Source: Octopus vulgaris (taxonomy: Eukaryota). From it: 64,000 nt of DNA. Position numbers and translations under genes: made by a program. Below, piece after piece: positions 38,986 to 52,935 of this stretch (position 1 is its first letter; each line of letters begins with the position of its first letter). The stretch is from contig OX597833.1 of NCBI GenBank assembly GCA_951406725.2, positions 58,776,001 through 58,840,000 of the forward strand, given 5' to 3'. The notes below the pieces were generated by a model. The model ran no database searches. It saw only the letters and a program-made list of their open reading frames with translations, and had not been told where the DNA came from.

Positions 38986-39343
38986 TACATGATTATGTTA
39001 TGTGATTGTTTATGGTTTAGGTAAGAGGCCAGAAATTTTGGAGTACATTTAATCCCAGTTCTTGATTAGTACTTGAGGTTATCTATCCCGAAAAGATGAG
39101 CTAGAATACTTAAAGACATTTTGTCCGATGTTGCAACGATTCTGTCAGTCCGTAATATAAACTGCGAGAGTTTGTCTTTCATTATTGCATGGTAAGAGAG
39201 TATCAGGGAAAAAAATGAGCAGCGTGAGCGAATATGGGAAAATGTCGAGTTAGTTGTACGGTCAGGCATAGTGCTGGATAAGCACTGCGACAATCTTTGC
39301 TTATCTACGTGAAAACACGATTTTAATAAATATTATAATAGAT

Positions 39344-39675
39344 AGGTGCAGGAGTGGCTGTGTGGTAAGTAGCTAGCCTACCAACCACATGGTTCAGGGT
39401 TCAGTTCCACTGCGTGGCACCTTAGGCAAGAGTCTTCTACTACAGCCTCGGGCCGACCAATGCCTTGTGAGTGGATTTGGTAGACGGAAAATGAAAGAAG
39501 CCTATCGTGTGTATATATATAGTGTGTTTACGTCCCCGTAAGTTAGGGGTTCGGCAAAAGAGACCGATAGAATAAGTACTAGGCTTACAAAGAATAAGTC
39601 CTGGGGTCGATTTGCTCGACTAAAGGCGGTGCTGCAGTATGGCCACAGTCAAATGACTGAAACATGTAAAAGAGT
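39344..39675 (+). mobile_element. tRNA-derived SINE (GGCGCAGGAG family)
   Basis: Head and tail present, with an internal deletion. Confidence 0.85.
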
Positions 39676-39880
39676 ATAGGTAGTAGAGTTTGCAAAAATC
39701 AGACTTATAAAAATAAGTTAATTTGTAAAATTTGGATGATTATCACAAGAAAAGAAAATAAGACATTAAGCCACCTTTTAAAGAGGATTATTCTGCATTT
39801 GATCCAAAATTTGACAGGCATAAAAGATCTGACTAAAATACCGGGTAGTGAAAATAGTCAGTGCTTAGATCTCCGTACTT

Positions 39881-39955
<75 letters not shown>

Positions 39956-40185
39956 TTGTGTATATGTTTGTGTGTCTGTGTTTGTCCTCCGCCCCCACCA
40001 TCGCTTGACAACTGATGCTGGTGTGTTTACGTCCCCGTAACTTAACGGTTCGACAAAAAGAGACCGATAGAATAAGTACTAGGCTTACAAAGAACAAGTC
40101 CTGGGGTCGATTTGCTCGACTAAAGGCGGTGCTCCAGCATGACCGCAGTCAAATGATTGAAACAAGTAAAAGAGTAAAAGAGATG

Positions 40186-40790
40186 CCGACAGGATTTTCC
40201 AGATGTATATCACCGCATATCTCTCCCGCCTCCGCTCTAGGGAGAAGAGGTTTAATACTTTCAGTCTTTCCCAGTAGCTGATATTTTGCATTGAGACGAT
40301 CTTCTTTGTGTAGCTTCTCTGAATTGCTTCGAGTTCTGCTGTTAGTTTTATATTGTGTGGTGACCACAGTTGTGAGCAGTAGTCCAAGCGGCTGAGGACG
40401 AACGTTTTCCAGAGGACCATCAGTGTCTCCTTTTCTCTTGTTCTGAAAGTTCGGAGAATCCATCCAGCTAGCCGTCTGCATTTTATCACCAGATTAGTAA
40501 TATGCACTTGGAAATATGCATCATTGCTCATGTCAATGCCCAGGTCAGGTACTGATTTTGACTCAGGGATTGCAATTCTTCCTGGGCCAGTGTATCCAGT
40601 CTGCACGTCGTTTACCTTTGTGTGCCGGTAGCGCAGGGCCTGGAACTTACCTGCATTAAACTGTATGTTGTTGTCTTCAGCCCACTTGTATATTGTATCC
40701 AACTCCTGTTGCAGATGCGCAATATTTTCAGGGTTTTGTATTGTGTGGGAGACTTTTGTGTCATCTGCATAGCTAGTAAGGGTGGCCATC
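40186..40790 (-). mobile_element. CR1/L2-group LINE reverse-transcriptase C-terminal fragment
   Basis: Open frame SYADDTKV...LQQELDTIYKWAEDNNIQFNAGKF...DLGI...SRLDYCSQLWSP...LEAIQRSYTK...SYWERLKVLNLFSLERRRER. Confidence 0.9.
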
Positions 40791-40794
40791 GTAG

Positions 40795-40872
<78 letters not shown>

Positions 40873-41155
40873 ATGTGTGTGTGTATACATATACTTATAT
40901 GTAAACGTGTACACAAAACTACACAAAGAAAATCTACCACACCTGACTTTACTTTGCATGTTCTAGGATTTTATCACCTGCCCGTTGAGGCAAGGTATAT
41001 TCACTGTAACGGTAAATAAATAATTTCTTCAAAACTTCAATCACTGTTCTTTCATCTTTACATAATGGCAATCAACAAAGAACCAATCCTTACAGATTAC
41101 ATCCATCGTATTGTTTACAAATCAACCTCAACTGTTATAAAATTAATCTTCACCG

Positions 41156-41198
<43 letters not shown>

Positions 41199-41234
41199 CA
41201 TATACATATATATATACATACATATATATGTATA

Positions 41235-41433
41235 GTTGGAATTTACAAAAAAAACAAAACAAACAAAACAAAAGACGAAGACACGTGTGTAAGCAACAAA
41301 CAAATATATTAGTTTAAATAAGCATACTCTAAGTGAGAAAGTATTTTACGTTTCGAGCCTACACTCTTCAACAGAAAGGAACACAGAAATAAACAGAGAG
41401 GGAAAATAAGTTTAGTGGCTAGCGATCAATCAT
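41235..41433 (-). mobile_element. short Penelope-like non-autonomous repeat with minimal hammerhead-like core
   Basis: Minus strand UUGAAGA-GUGUAGGCUC-GAAACGUA, inserted in (TA)n. A related deleted copy lies at about 42650-42820 (+). Confidence 0.4.
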
Positions 41434-41463
41434 TTATATAAACATATATACACATTTATATAT

Positions 41464-41559
<96 letters not shown>

Positions 41560-41673
41560 ACATTTATATATACACGCACATATATATATATATATATATA
41601 TGTACATTTATATATTCATATATACGTACATACGTACATTTATATATACATACATATATATATATGTGTGTAC

Positions 41674-41710
<37 letters not shown>

Positions 41711-41770
41711 TTTATATATTCATATATACGTACATACGTACATTTATATATACATACATATATATATATG

Positions 41771-41821
<51 letters not shown>

Positions 41822-42817
41822 GCACATACTTGCTGACGCACCCGGAAATCTAAGGGAAAGCGGGGCTTATCTCTTGGTTCCGTTCTCATAATTGTTTCGC
41901 TAATCCAATAACAACAATACAAAGTATGTAGCCCTTAAAATGGTTTTTGTCCATTTACAGAAAATACCGAACTGTCTTACACACAGGATCTTGTTTTTAG
42001 GAATTCCCAATGAGTTATGAAAACCCAAATTGTGAAGTCAGTTAAGTTATAACATTAAATTAGTTGCCCGATAGCAAGAATTCAAATAAAGTAGCCCCGA
42101 AAAGGGCTTTAATGCGTTCCCAGGGTATATAGAACAGAAATATTAATAAGTTATGTATAATAAAATCGGGAAGCATGTTATGTAGTAACAGGCTAATCAG
42201 ATATGAGTAAATAACTCTGAAAAGGGCTATTGTGCATTCCCAGAGAATATTACCCTCAGAGGCGATAGTGTTGGTATATTCGTGAATAAGTCACTAACAG
42301 AAATAAGTGGATCTATTGTATAGGAAAATACTATTGACTTGTTTAAGAGTTGTACTTGATAAATTGCGAAAATAACTGAGAAATAAGCATACTCAATTTC
42401 ATTTGTACCGAATAATTTAGGAAAATGAATAGGTTATTTCCCTTGGCTATATATAAGGATCCCTTTCAGGGGCCCTATTATCAATTTTTTTAACAATCTG
42501 AGTATGCCATGACGTTTCCAGACATGAGTTCTACTCACGTGTCAAGTTTCATCAAAATCGATAAAACGATATAAGGGGAGTTAGCTAACAACTCCATAAA
42601 CACACTCACAGACAGAATTTCCCACATATGTTGTATATACATATATAATGTGACCTCGTGTGTACCGTTGGCGATTTTTTTCCCTCTGTCTTCCATTCTC
42701 TGGATCGAAACGTTAAACCCTCCTTCTTCCCTTCTTTCCTGAGCGCCCAATAATACTATATTTGTTCCACGTCCTCACGTTGTTGTGTTTTCTCTTTGTG
42801 TTTTCTTGTTTGGATTA

Positions 42818-42858
<41 letters not shown>

Positions 42859-42859
<1 letters not shown>

Positions 42860-43252
42860 GGAGTGGCTGTGTGGTAAGTAGCTTGTTTACCAACCACATG
42901 GTTCCGGGTTCAGTCCCACTGCGTGGCACCTTGGGCAAGTGTCTTCTACTATAGCCTCGGGCCGACCAAAGCCTTGTGAGTGGATTTGGTCGACGGAAAC
43001 TGAAAAGAAGCCCGTCGTATATATATATATATATATATGCGTGTGTGTGTTTGTGTGTCTGTGTTTGTCCCCCTAGCATTGCTTGACAACCGATGCTAAT
43101 GTGTTTATGTCCCCGTAACGGTTCGGCAAGAGAGACCGATAGAATAAGTACCGGAGTCGAGTTGCTCGATTAAAGGCGGTGCTCCAGCATGGCCGCAGTC
43201 AAATGACTTAAACAAGTAAAAGAGTAAAAGAGTAAAAGAGTAAGAGTAAGAG
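42859..43252 (+). mobile_element. tRNA-derived SINE (GGCGCAGGAG family)
   Basis: Near full-length, with a (GTAAAAGA)n tail. Confidence 0.9.
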
Positions 43253-43454
43253 TATATCATACGTCTCTTTCATCTCTTCATTCCTCCCCTTTCATTGTAT
43301 CACCTCTTCACTGTTGTACATTCTTTTCACTGTAACATAACATTCTCAATGTAACACTCGCATCTCTGTGTGTAACACAGCTCTCAGTGTATCGCATACT
43401 TCTCAGTATAACGCCTCTCCTCCTTTATAACAACACACACACACACACACACAC

Positions 43455-43653
43455 TCTTTACTCTCTTTACTCTTTTACTTGTTTCAGTCATTTGACTGCG
43501 GCCATGCTGGAGCACCGCCTTTAGTCGAGCAACTCGACCCCGGGACTTATTCTTTTCGTAAGCCCAGTACTTATTCTATCGGTCTCTTTTTGCCGAACCG
43601 CTAGGTGACGGGGACGTAAACACAATGCTAGGGGGACAAACACAGACACACAA

Positions 43654-43688
<35 letters not shown>

Positions 43689-44051
43689 CATATATACGAC
43701 GGGCTTCTTTCAGTTTCCGCCTACCAAATCCACTCACAAGGCATTGGTCGGCCCGGGGGCTATAGCAGAAGACACTCGCCCAAGATGCCACGCAGTGGGA
43801 CTGAACCCGGAACCATGTGGTTGGTTAGCAAGCTACTTACCACACAGCCACTCCTGCACCTATGTATATAGATCTTGTATACTTTCAGACGCATACATAT
43901 ATATATATGTCTACCAAATCCACTCACAAGGCATTGGTCGGCCCGGGGCTATAGCAGAAGACACTTGCCCAAGATGCCACGCAGTGGGACTGAACCCGGA
44001 ACCATGTGGTTGGTAAGCAAGCTACTTACCACACAGCCACTCCTGCGCCTA
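43455..44051 (-). mobile_element. tRNA-derived SINE plus duplicated head (GGCGCAGGAG family)
   Basis: Copies at 43455-43862 and 43910-44051. Confidence 0.85.
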
Positions 44052-44073
44052 TCTATCTGTGTAACATCACCCC

Positions 44074-44104
<31 letters not shown>

Positions 44105-44437
44105 CTTGCACTCCGCTCTTTTCTCTATAACGCTTTAATTCCGATTTGTTCCATGCCATTATTGCTTATGGTAGTAGTGATAATGCCGGTCGTAGCAATG
44201 TCTGCAGAAAAACACCGTGGAATCCACATCAAACCAACAGACTGATAGACTGGTACTGACCAAACACATTCCTGTTGATAACTCCTCTCTAACGGATTAG
44301 ATTAATCGACGTAACATATGGTTTCTTAGTGCCATGCTAGCAAAAACAATACAGGAAACAAAACGTCAGACTACGAAACAAACATCTTTATGGCTTTAAA
44401 GTCTTTCGTCATTAGTAATCACTCGTCCTACCCTGCT

Positions 44438-44521
44438 TTTCCTTCCTTCCTTCCTTCCTTCCTTCCTTCCTTCCTTCCTTCCTTCCTTCCTTCCTTCCTT
44501 CCTTCCTTCCTTCCTTCCTTC

Positions 44522-44600
<79 letters not shown>

Positions 44601-44678
44601 TCCTTCCTTCCTTCCTTCCTTCCTTCCTTCCTTCCTTTTCCTTCCTTCCTTCCTTCCTTCCTTCCTTCCTTCCTTCCT
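44438..44678. repeat. (CCTT)n/(CTTT)n polypyrimidine microsatellite
   Basis: Direct reading. Confidence 0.95.
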
Positions 44679-46710
44679 CACTCAAACGCGCACGCACATT
44701 GACATATAATGCATACGTAAATACATACACCACACATACACACACATTCACGCATACATGTACATACGTACAGACTAACAAACGCACACACAGCGACATA
44801 CATACACCCCCACACACATATATACATACAGACTTACGTATACAAAGTCACATACACACACAGAAAAACATACGCACACACACACATACACACACACTGA
44901 TATATATCCATTCACTCACACACATATATACATATACACAGACTAACGTTCTTATACACTAACACACACGTATATACACATGCACGCACACACGCACGCG
45001 CATACACAACCTCATTATCAGACGACATTTTAATTCAATGAAATATCGACATGTTAAAATACTATTACAACAAGAATAAGAAAAAAAAATGAAGAAAAGC
45101 CACGCGTTTCTGGTCGATTGCTCTAACACTCCCCACGAGGAAAGATATGTCGATGGAAGTATAGTTTAATTTATCAATAATCTTCAATTATTCCAACCAA
45201 CTAAGAACTAAAATAGTCTACTGAAAGATGGATTATACATCGATTTCAGAAACGATATGGAGAACAAAAATATCAACAACAAAAACTAACGTCGTGTCCT
45301 TTCTAAAACGTTGGTTCTCAATGGCGGCTACAATGGTTTGACTTCGACAATAAGGGATTATCGAATCGATCTTTTCACAGGATATTGAGTATCAATTGAT
45401 CACCACTGCTTCTCCATTCTCTAACCAATGTTGGGAGGCGGGACTTTTATACAAGATTTTTACTGTAATCATTTCCAAAGACGCTGAACTTTAAGTTAAT
45501 GCTACGCGCCTGCCCTTCGAACCGCTTCTACTTCTGGTTCGATTACATGAAATATATACACATAAATATGTACGTATATACTAATGTTTGTGTGTATATG
45601 TATGTGTCTGTGTCCATAGGTGCTTAATCTTATATGTGTATCTATCTCACATCTCTCTCTCTCTCTCCACACACACATATGTAAAGACACTGCGTCAACC
45701 AATGCATATTAGTAACTCCAAAATGAAAGCATGACGAAATAATAGAGAAAAGAAATTTAGAGACGGTACACAGGGAAGCTGAAAGGCTCACAGCTTGTCT
45801 TAGATTCATTGAAGTTTTGTTTGATGCTTATAACACAATGGAGGAGAAAACAGAGAATACAGCATAAAGGGAATGTGGAGGTTTTTACGAGGTGATTTCC
45901 TGTTTCAGACCAGTACAAGTTCCCAGCATAGAAGGAGGCGACGCGGTTGTAGAATACTGCCATAAAAACTAAAGCTGGAAAAAATGGAAGAAAGGTGGTT
46001 AGCAGAGCAGCAATACCAAGCAGCTAGAAGAGATGAAAATCGGTATTTTTTGCTTGGATAGAAGGGAAAAAACTAAGAGGTCGGCAGATGTTTTGTGATC
46101 TGGTGATCACAGCGAGTTTGAGAATGTCGAGAAATTGTCTGGAGGAAGTGTATTGAGAATGATGGCGGGGCACTGAACTACATACGCGCGCGCACACACA
46201 CAGATACACACACAGTCACACACACATATGCACTCGCATACACGTACGCACTCACACATACACATGTACGCACATACACACACACGTATGCATATACACG
46301 TACACACATACGCGCACACATAAGCACACGGACGCACGCTCACACACATACTCATACACATACACACACATATGTACGCACACACACGTACACACACATA
46401 CGCACACACACGCGCACACAACGCACATACACATGTACGCAATCACACGCACACATGTACTCACGCATACAAACACGCACACAATACGCGTACGCACACA
46501 TACAGGCACACAGCACATACATGTACGCACAAACGTACACACACAAACACACGTACGCATGCACACACACACACAAGTACACACGCACGCACACACATAC
46601 GGTTTTAGAATTTCAGCTTGTATTCAAGTTTTCGAAAAGGTACACCTTATCCCTGCATGTCTTAAGAGGACACCAAAAAGACTTGGCGTCAAGAAGGGCA
46701 TCCAAAAGTA

Positions 46711-47276
46711 TTGGGTTGTCCGGAAAGTTCGTGCCGATTTATAGTAGCTTAACTTTCGACTTATTTTAGAACATGGTTGAATCCATAAAGTAGGATTTGA
46801 CTACACCTCCATTTAGAGCACAGTTTAAGCTATCTTTTCGTGGAGGAAGGTTTATGTTCATATAACCTGTGTTAATTTTGTAAGCCTTCAAAATGGAAGG
46901 TAAGAAAGTTCATTTTCGACACTTGATGCTTTGGGAACCAGACAAAAATTGCTGTAGTTCGGCTGGGAAGTGTTACCCCACCCTCCATATCCACCAGATA
47001 TTGCTCCTTCGGATTTCCACTTATTCAGGTCTCTGCAGAATAGTCTTAATGGTAAAAATTTCAATTCCTTGGATGACGTAAAAAGATACCTCGATGAATT
47101 CTTTGCCATGAAAGCACCTCAATTCTGGGAAGAGGGTATTTTCAAGTTAAAGGAAAGATGGAAACGCATTGTGCAACAAAATGGTTCATATTTGGTTGAT
47201 TCAAAATGTAATGGCAAGAATTTATTGACCGTTTTCTTTCCTTTAAAAATCGGCACGGACTTTCCGGACAACCCAA
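46711..47276 (+). mobile_element. internally deleted mariner element
   Basis: TA|TTGGGTTGTCCGGAAAGTTCGTGCCGATTT ... AAATCGGCACGGACTTTCCGGACAACCCAA|TA. N-terminal MEGKKVHFRHLML is joined to C-terminal WEVLPHPPYPPDIAPSDFHLFRSLQ (YSPDLAP.D-type motif). Confidence 0.95.
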
Positions 47277-47875
47277 TAAAATGCTGCAGGAAAAAAACCC
47301 GTTCAACCCACGTCTACTTTTCCTTGCTAGCATAGGAATGCCTCGTAAAAACGACGTTAATAATGACGATAAAGATATGTACTATGCATAGAAATTTGAG
47401 AAATGATATTGATTTTAGAGACAAACTTCTTACTTATAAACATTTCCTAAGTGAAAATGGTAGAGATTTTCAGAAATATGTTCAATATAATATCATCTTC
47501 TATAAGTTGTAATCTAATTATATTTGCTGGATACACAGAGTAAGTTATTGTCGCTGTAGAATAATAATGATTGAATTTTTTATTCTGTTCACAAGCCATT
47601 TGATCAATGGTGCTTTGTTGGAAAGATCTTTGAATTTTGCAACAATTGGCAAAGACGTATCACCACCTGAATTAGAAAACAACTTATTGTATTTCATTTG
47701 CTGAGATTAACTCACAGAATGAAATGTTCTAGACTGTATCAACAAACATAAATTAAAGCATTGGGTTTAAAATGTACTCTAGTGTCTAACAATTTTAACC
47801 AGCACCCTTTTAAAGCAGGGCTATACTGGAAGTTGCCTACTGACTTCACAGATTTAGGAGACTACTTCTGATATA

Positions 47876-48038
47876 TTGGGTTGTCCGGAAAGTTCGTGCC
47901 GATTTATAGTAGCTTACCTTTCGACTTATTTTAGAATATGGTTGAGTCCATGAAATAGGATTTGGTTACACCTCCATTTAGAGCACAGTTTAAGCTACCT
48001 TTTCGTGAAAGAAGGTTTATGTTCCTATAACCTGTGTT
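47876..48038 (+). mobile_element. mariner 5' end fragment
   Basis: Matches 46711-46875. Confidence 0.9.
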
Positions 48039-48044
48039 AAGATA

Positions 48045-48520
48045 TACAGACACAACAAAGTAAGCAGTTATATCCACAGGACAATATGCCAATATTACAA
48101 CATCAAAACTGCCAACAGGTGGTATAAGAAAGTACCAAGTAAAATACAAGATAATGACCAGGCTACAATCATCTGAGATATGCCGGTTCAAGTCGAAAAA
48201 GAAATAAAAGCTAATCGCCCAGACATAATAGCTAAGGATTGGAGGAAAACACCTGCTTACTGATAGACATTGCAGTCCTTTTTGATCATAATATGGTAAA
48301 AAACGAAGTGGAGAAATTGTCCAAGCACAATGATCTCGAAATTGAAATATTCAAAATGTGGATCATGAAGGTTAAAACAATACCAATTGGAGCATTGGGG
48401 CTGATAAAAAAACCATATGAGCAAAAATGTAGAAGCAATACCTGGATTCTCAACACTACACACTGTCAAAAAGATAATCTTGCCAGGAGCAGCCCACATC
48501 CTACGCAAGATACTATCAAT
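48045..48520 (+). mobile_element. R4/Dong-like LINE restriction-like endonuclease 3' fragment
   Basis: IKANRPDIIAKDLEENTCLLIDIAV...KLSKHNDLEIEI..MW...TIPIGALG..AHILR. Confidence 0.8.
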
Positions 48521-48833
48521 CCAATAATACAGCCTAAACAAAACAACCCTCAAATACAAGACACACATTATACCCAGTGAAATAAATGAAATAAACGCCC
48601 ATCAGCAGGCAAGGAAACTAAAGCATTACACATTCAACCCACAGTATAAGCAGTAAAACAACAAAAAAAACCAGCATCACAGCTCAAGGAAAAACAGAAA
48701 AAAAACTAACACAATACAGCACCGGGAAGAGTTCGTACACTCTCAACCACAGAAAAGAAGACACGATGCTGTACACACCCCAGCAACACGGCAGTGTAGC
48801 AGGCGATGCAGTAGAAATTTCCCTCAATACTGA

Positions 48834-48883
<50 letters not shown>

Positions 48884-49096
48884 TAATAATAATAAATGAT
48901 GATGATGATGATGATGATGTTGATGATGATAATAATAATAATAATAATATACAGAAAATTGCACTACTGGGCATTGCACACATCCTACGCAAAACACTTT
49001 CCATACAATAACCATCAGAGCATTACAACAAATCACAGCACATACCCAAGGCTGCGCTCGGTAGTGAAGTGAAAGCACACTATAAAAATAAAACTA

Positions 49097-49136
<40 letters not shown>

Positions 49137-49358
49137 GCCCTGATGCAGTACCAGACATTGGTTCTCATGGCTTCTGATCTTCTTCTTCTTCTTCTTATTA
49201 TTATTATTGAGTGAGAGAGCAGTGCATGCCATCAAAGTGACACTGGGGTAAAATATACGAAGCCCAGTATACCCATCATGACTACCCGTCTGATAAGGGT
49301 ACACCAGGCACATGCATCACGACCACTTTGATGGCATGCACTGCTCTCTCACTCAATG

Positions 49359-49397
<39 letters not shown>

Positions 49398-49399
49398 GA

Positions 49400-50265
49400 T
49401 GCATTGGGAGCTCTGTGGAAATCACGCCCTACAATGAGCAAAGACGTGGTGTGAGCAAACCAAAGACACAGTCACCGAGAATGAGAATTGCAAAATCCTG
49501 TGGGATGCAATGATTCAGTGCGATCACGTGACCGGACATCGGAAACGGGACATGGTTGTGGTGAATAAAGAAAGAAAGAATATGCATGGCAATCGACATG
49601 GCATGCTCCGGTGACAAAAGGGTCAATGAGAAAGAAGAAGAAAAAGCAAGCAATTATGACGATTTGAAGTGGGAAATATAAAGGTTGTGGTCAATGAGGA
49701 GAGTAGACGTGATACCTATTTCTTTACTACCCACAAGGGGCTACACACAGAGGGAAAAAACAAGGGCAGACAAACGGATTAAGTCGATTATATCGACCCC
49801 AGTGCATAACTGATACTTATTTAATCGATCCCGAAAGGATGAAAGGCAAAGTCGATCTCGGCGGAATTTGAACTCAGAACATAACGGCAGACGAAATACC
49901 TATTTCTTTACTACCCACAAGGGGCTACACACAGAGGGAACAAACAAGGACAGACAAACGGATTAAGTCGATTATATCGACCCTAGTGCATAACTGGTAC
50001 TTATTTAATCGAGCGGAGAGTAGACGTGATACCAATAGTACTTGGTGCACTTGGAAGTATCAGCCCTCGACTACCAGCATGGTTGAAAAAGATTGGTGCA
50101 AGTATGAAAGTAGAACTCCTATAAAAATCAGCATTGCTTGGAACTGCAAAATTTCTTTGCAGGGTTCTTGAAACAGGACAAGTAAACAAGTGTCACCTTA
50201 GTCTACTGGCTGTGGACAGCTGACACTTTCCATCATACCCAGAAAAATAAGCTATGAGTTTTAAT
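49400..50265 (+). mobile_element. R4/Dong-like endonuclease 3' fragment interrupted by a Nin SINE (about 49714-50012)
   Basis: ENENCKILWDAMIQCDHVTGHRKRD..IDMACSGD..YDDLKWEI...VIPIVLGALG. GGAGAGTAGACGTGATACC is duplicated around the SINE. (TAA)n on both sides. Confidence 0.8.
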
Positions 50266-50282
50266 ACAACAACAACAACAAC

Positions 50283-50339
<57 letters not shown>

Positions 50340-50640
50340 TAAAATAACAACAACAACAATAATAATAATGGTTTCAAATTTTGACACAAGAGCAGCCATT
50401 TGGTGGGAGGGGATAAGTCAGTCACATCGAACCCTGTGTTTCACTGGTACTTAGTTTATCGACCCTGAAAGGATGAAAGGTAAAGTCGACTTCGGTGGAA
50501 CTTGAACTCAGAACGTAGTGGCAGACGAAATACCGCTAAGCATTTCGTAACTAACCAAGTGACATCTTAATCTGCTGGCTGTGGACAGCTGACACTTTCC
50601 CTCCCTCATAGCCAGCAAAATAAGCTGAGAGTTTTCATCA

Positions 50641-50698
<58 letters not shown>

Positions 50699-51346
50699 GT
50701 GGTGGCAGCGGCGGCAGTTTTTATATTTTCACAAAGGCAACGGATGAGGGATATTACAAGGACAAAATGTGAGAAGAAAATTCTGGTGGCGTTTGCAGAA
50801 TCGATTGTGAGTGACGAAAAAAGGGGGAAAAAAATAGGCCTGGGGAAACAACGATAGATTGAAAGAATGGAAAGATCCGCCCAAAGTGGGTGACAGCTAT
50901 CTAGGGACCAATCAAAGAAAGAACCCCCCCATATATTCTCTCTCGAATACCTTGATTACAAAGGCCAAATCCCCTTTCTCCAAATGCATTCTCGGGCACA
51001 CAAAAGAGAAACAAGCGTTTATCGAACACCCAGGCGTTTATTGAACATCCACTGCTCAGCAGACGTGAAACACATCATGCGAAAGACATATGCAGATATA
51101 GACACATATGCATGCAGATACCCAGATACTCATATGCACATTCCATGCACATACACGCACATACACACACACATGCAAAGTAAAAACACAAAACAATGTT
51201 CAAGCAGGCCTACACACAAAAAAAAAATACTAACCTAATCACATAATTATATGCCGTGGGATCAAAGCCAGAACCGAAGATTAGACTCTAACAATCCGGC
51301 AATGGCTGAGAAAGAAAAAAAACATGAACATATAAACTGAAAGACA

Positions 51347-51444
51347 AGATGATGATGGTGATGATGATGATAGCAATGAGGATGATGATGATGATGATAA
51401 CGATGATGATAACAATGATGATGATGATAACGATGATGATAACA

Positions 51445-51477
<33 letters not shown>

Positions 51478-51797
51478 CCAATGAGGATTATGATGATGAT
51501 AACGATGAGGATGAGGATGATGATGGTAGCAATGATGATGATGATGATGATGATGACGATGATGATGATGATGATGATGATAGCAATGAGGATGATGATG
51601 ATGATAACGATGATGATGATGATGATGATAATGACGACGACGACGATGATGACGACGATGATGATAACGATGATGATGATGATGATGATGATGATGACGA
51701 CGACGACGACGACGATGATGACGACGATGATGATAACGATGATTATAATGATGATGATGATGATGACGACGACGACGATGATGATGATGGCGACGAC
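51347..51797. repeat. (GAT)n/(GAC)n trinucleotide microsatellite
   Basis: Direct reading. Confidence 0.95.
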
Positions 51798-52236
51798 GTT
51801 TGGAAACTCACAAAAGAAAAATTCGATATTTAATCAAAGAATTATTTTAATTTCCTGTGCAAATTGCAAGCTATGTCACATATTGGAGAAGAATTTACCA
51901 AGAAGAGAGTGGATAGGAAATGACACTGGATCACTAGAGACAGGTAGAATCGAATCCATATTGGAATAATATATTCTTTGTTTTATTTTCACTTAAATTC
52001 GCCCGCTGCAATTTCAAAGAGGCGGGATCGTACTGTAATCTGAGAGAAATATGAGCGAAATATATGGTTTAAGTTAATATTTTTCTTGAAGTGTTCCTGA
52101 AATTATATGCTGATGAAATTATATGTTATGAATGATCGTGCAAACGGCAGTCTGGATGGAACCGAAACGTAACGGTAGGTTGCTGAGGTTAACAGAATAC
52201 TGTGCTGGAATTGTTGGTTGTTAGTACGTCAGTTTT

Positions 52237-52285
<49 letters not shown>

Positions 52286-52624
52286 GAACCAGTTTTTCTC
52301 TGACATCCCATATTAGACAGTTTTAAAGAATACTAGTTTTACCCCCGTTACAACACATTCAAAGTACAAAACTTAATCTTTTCTTTTCTGAAAATTTTGC
52401 ACCAGAAAAGGAAATATTTTACGATAGAAGTTTAATCTTTTTTGCATTGTACTTTCAATTGAGTTGTTTTGCAAAAATATATATCATGACTTTCAAAGCT
52501 GGTTATTGCTACAAGATATGGCTAGTCTACTGTAAGTTGCAGACGAAAAATACTGAAGCTGGTAAAACAGAATGAAGCGTTCAAGGTTATATTGTGTTTA
52601 AGGTAATACCTTGCTGAAAGTAGG

Positions 52625-52935
52625 GTGGCGAATTGGCAGAATCGTTAGCACGACGGGCGAAATGCTTAGCAGGTATTTCGGCTGCCGTTACGTTCTGAGT
52701 TCAAATTCCGCCGAGGTCGACTTTGCCTTTCATCCTTTCGGGGTCGATAAATTAAGTACCAGTGAAACACAGGGGTCGATGTAATCGACTTAATCCGTTT
52801 GTCTGTCCTTGTTTGACCCCTCTGTGCTTAGTCCCTTGTGGGTAGTAAAGAGATATGTATTTCGTCTGCCGTTACGTTCTGAGTTCAAATTCCTCCGAGG
52901 TGGACTTTGCCTCCTTTCACGGTCGATTAAATAAG
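52625..52935 (+). mobile_element. Nin-domain SINE with partial second unit
   Basis: Family head and core present. Confidence 0.85.

Noticed and set aside
45757-46209. Short minus-strand ORFs in complex sequence
   Set aside because: No recognisable homology or consistent exon chain.
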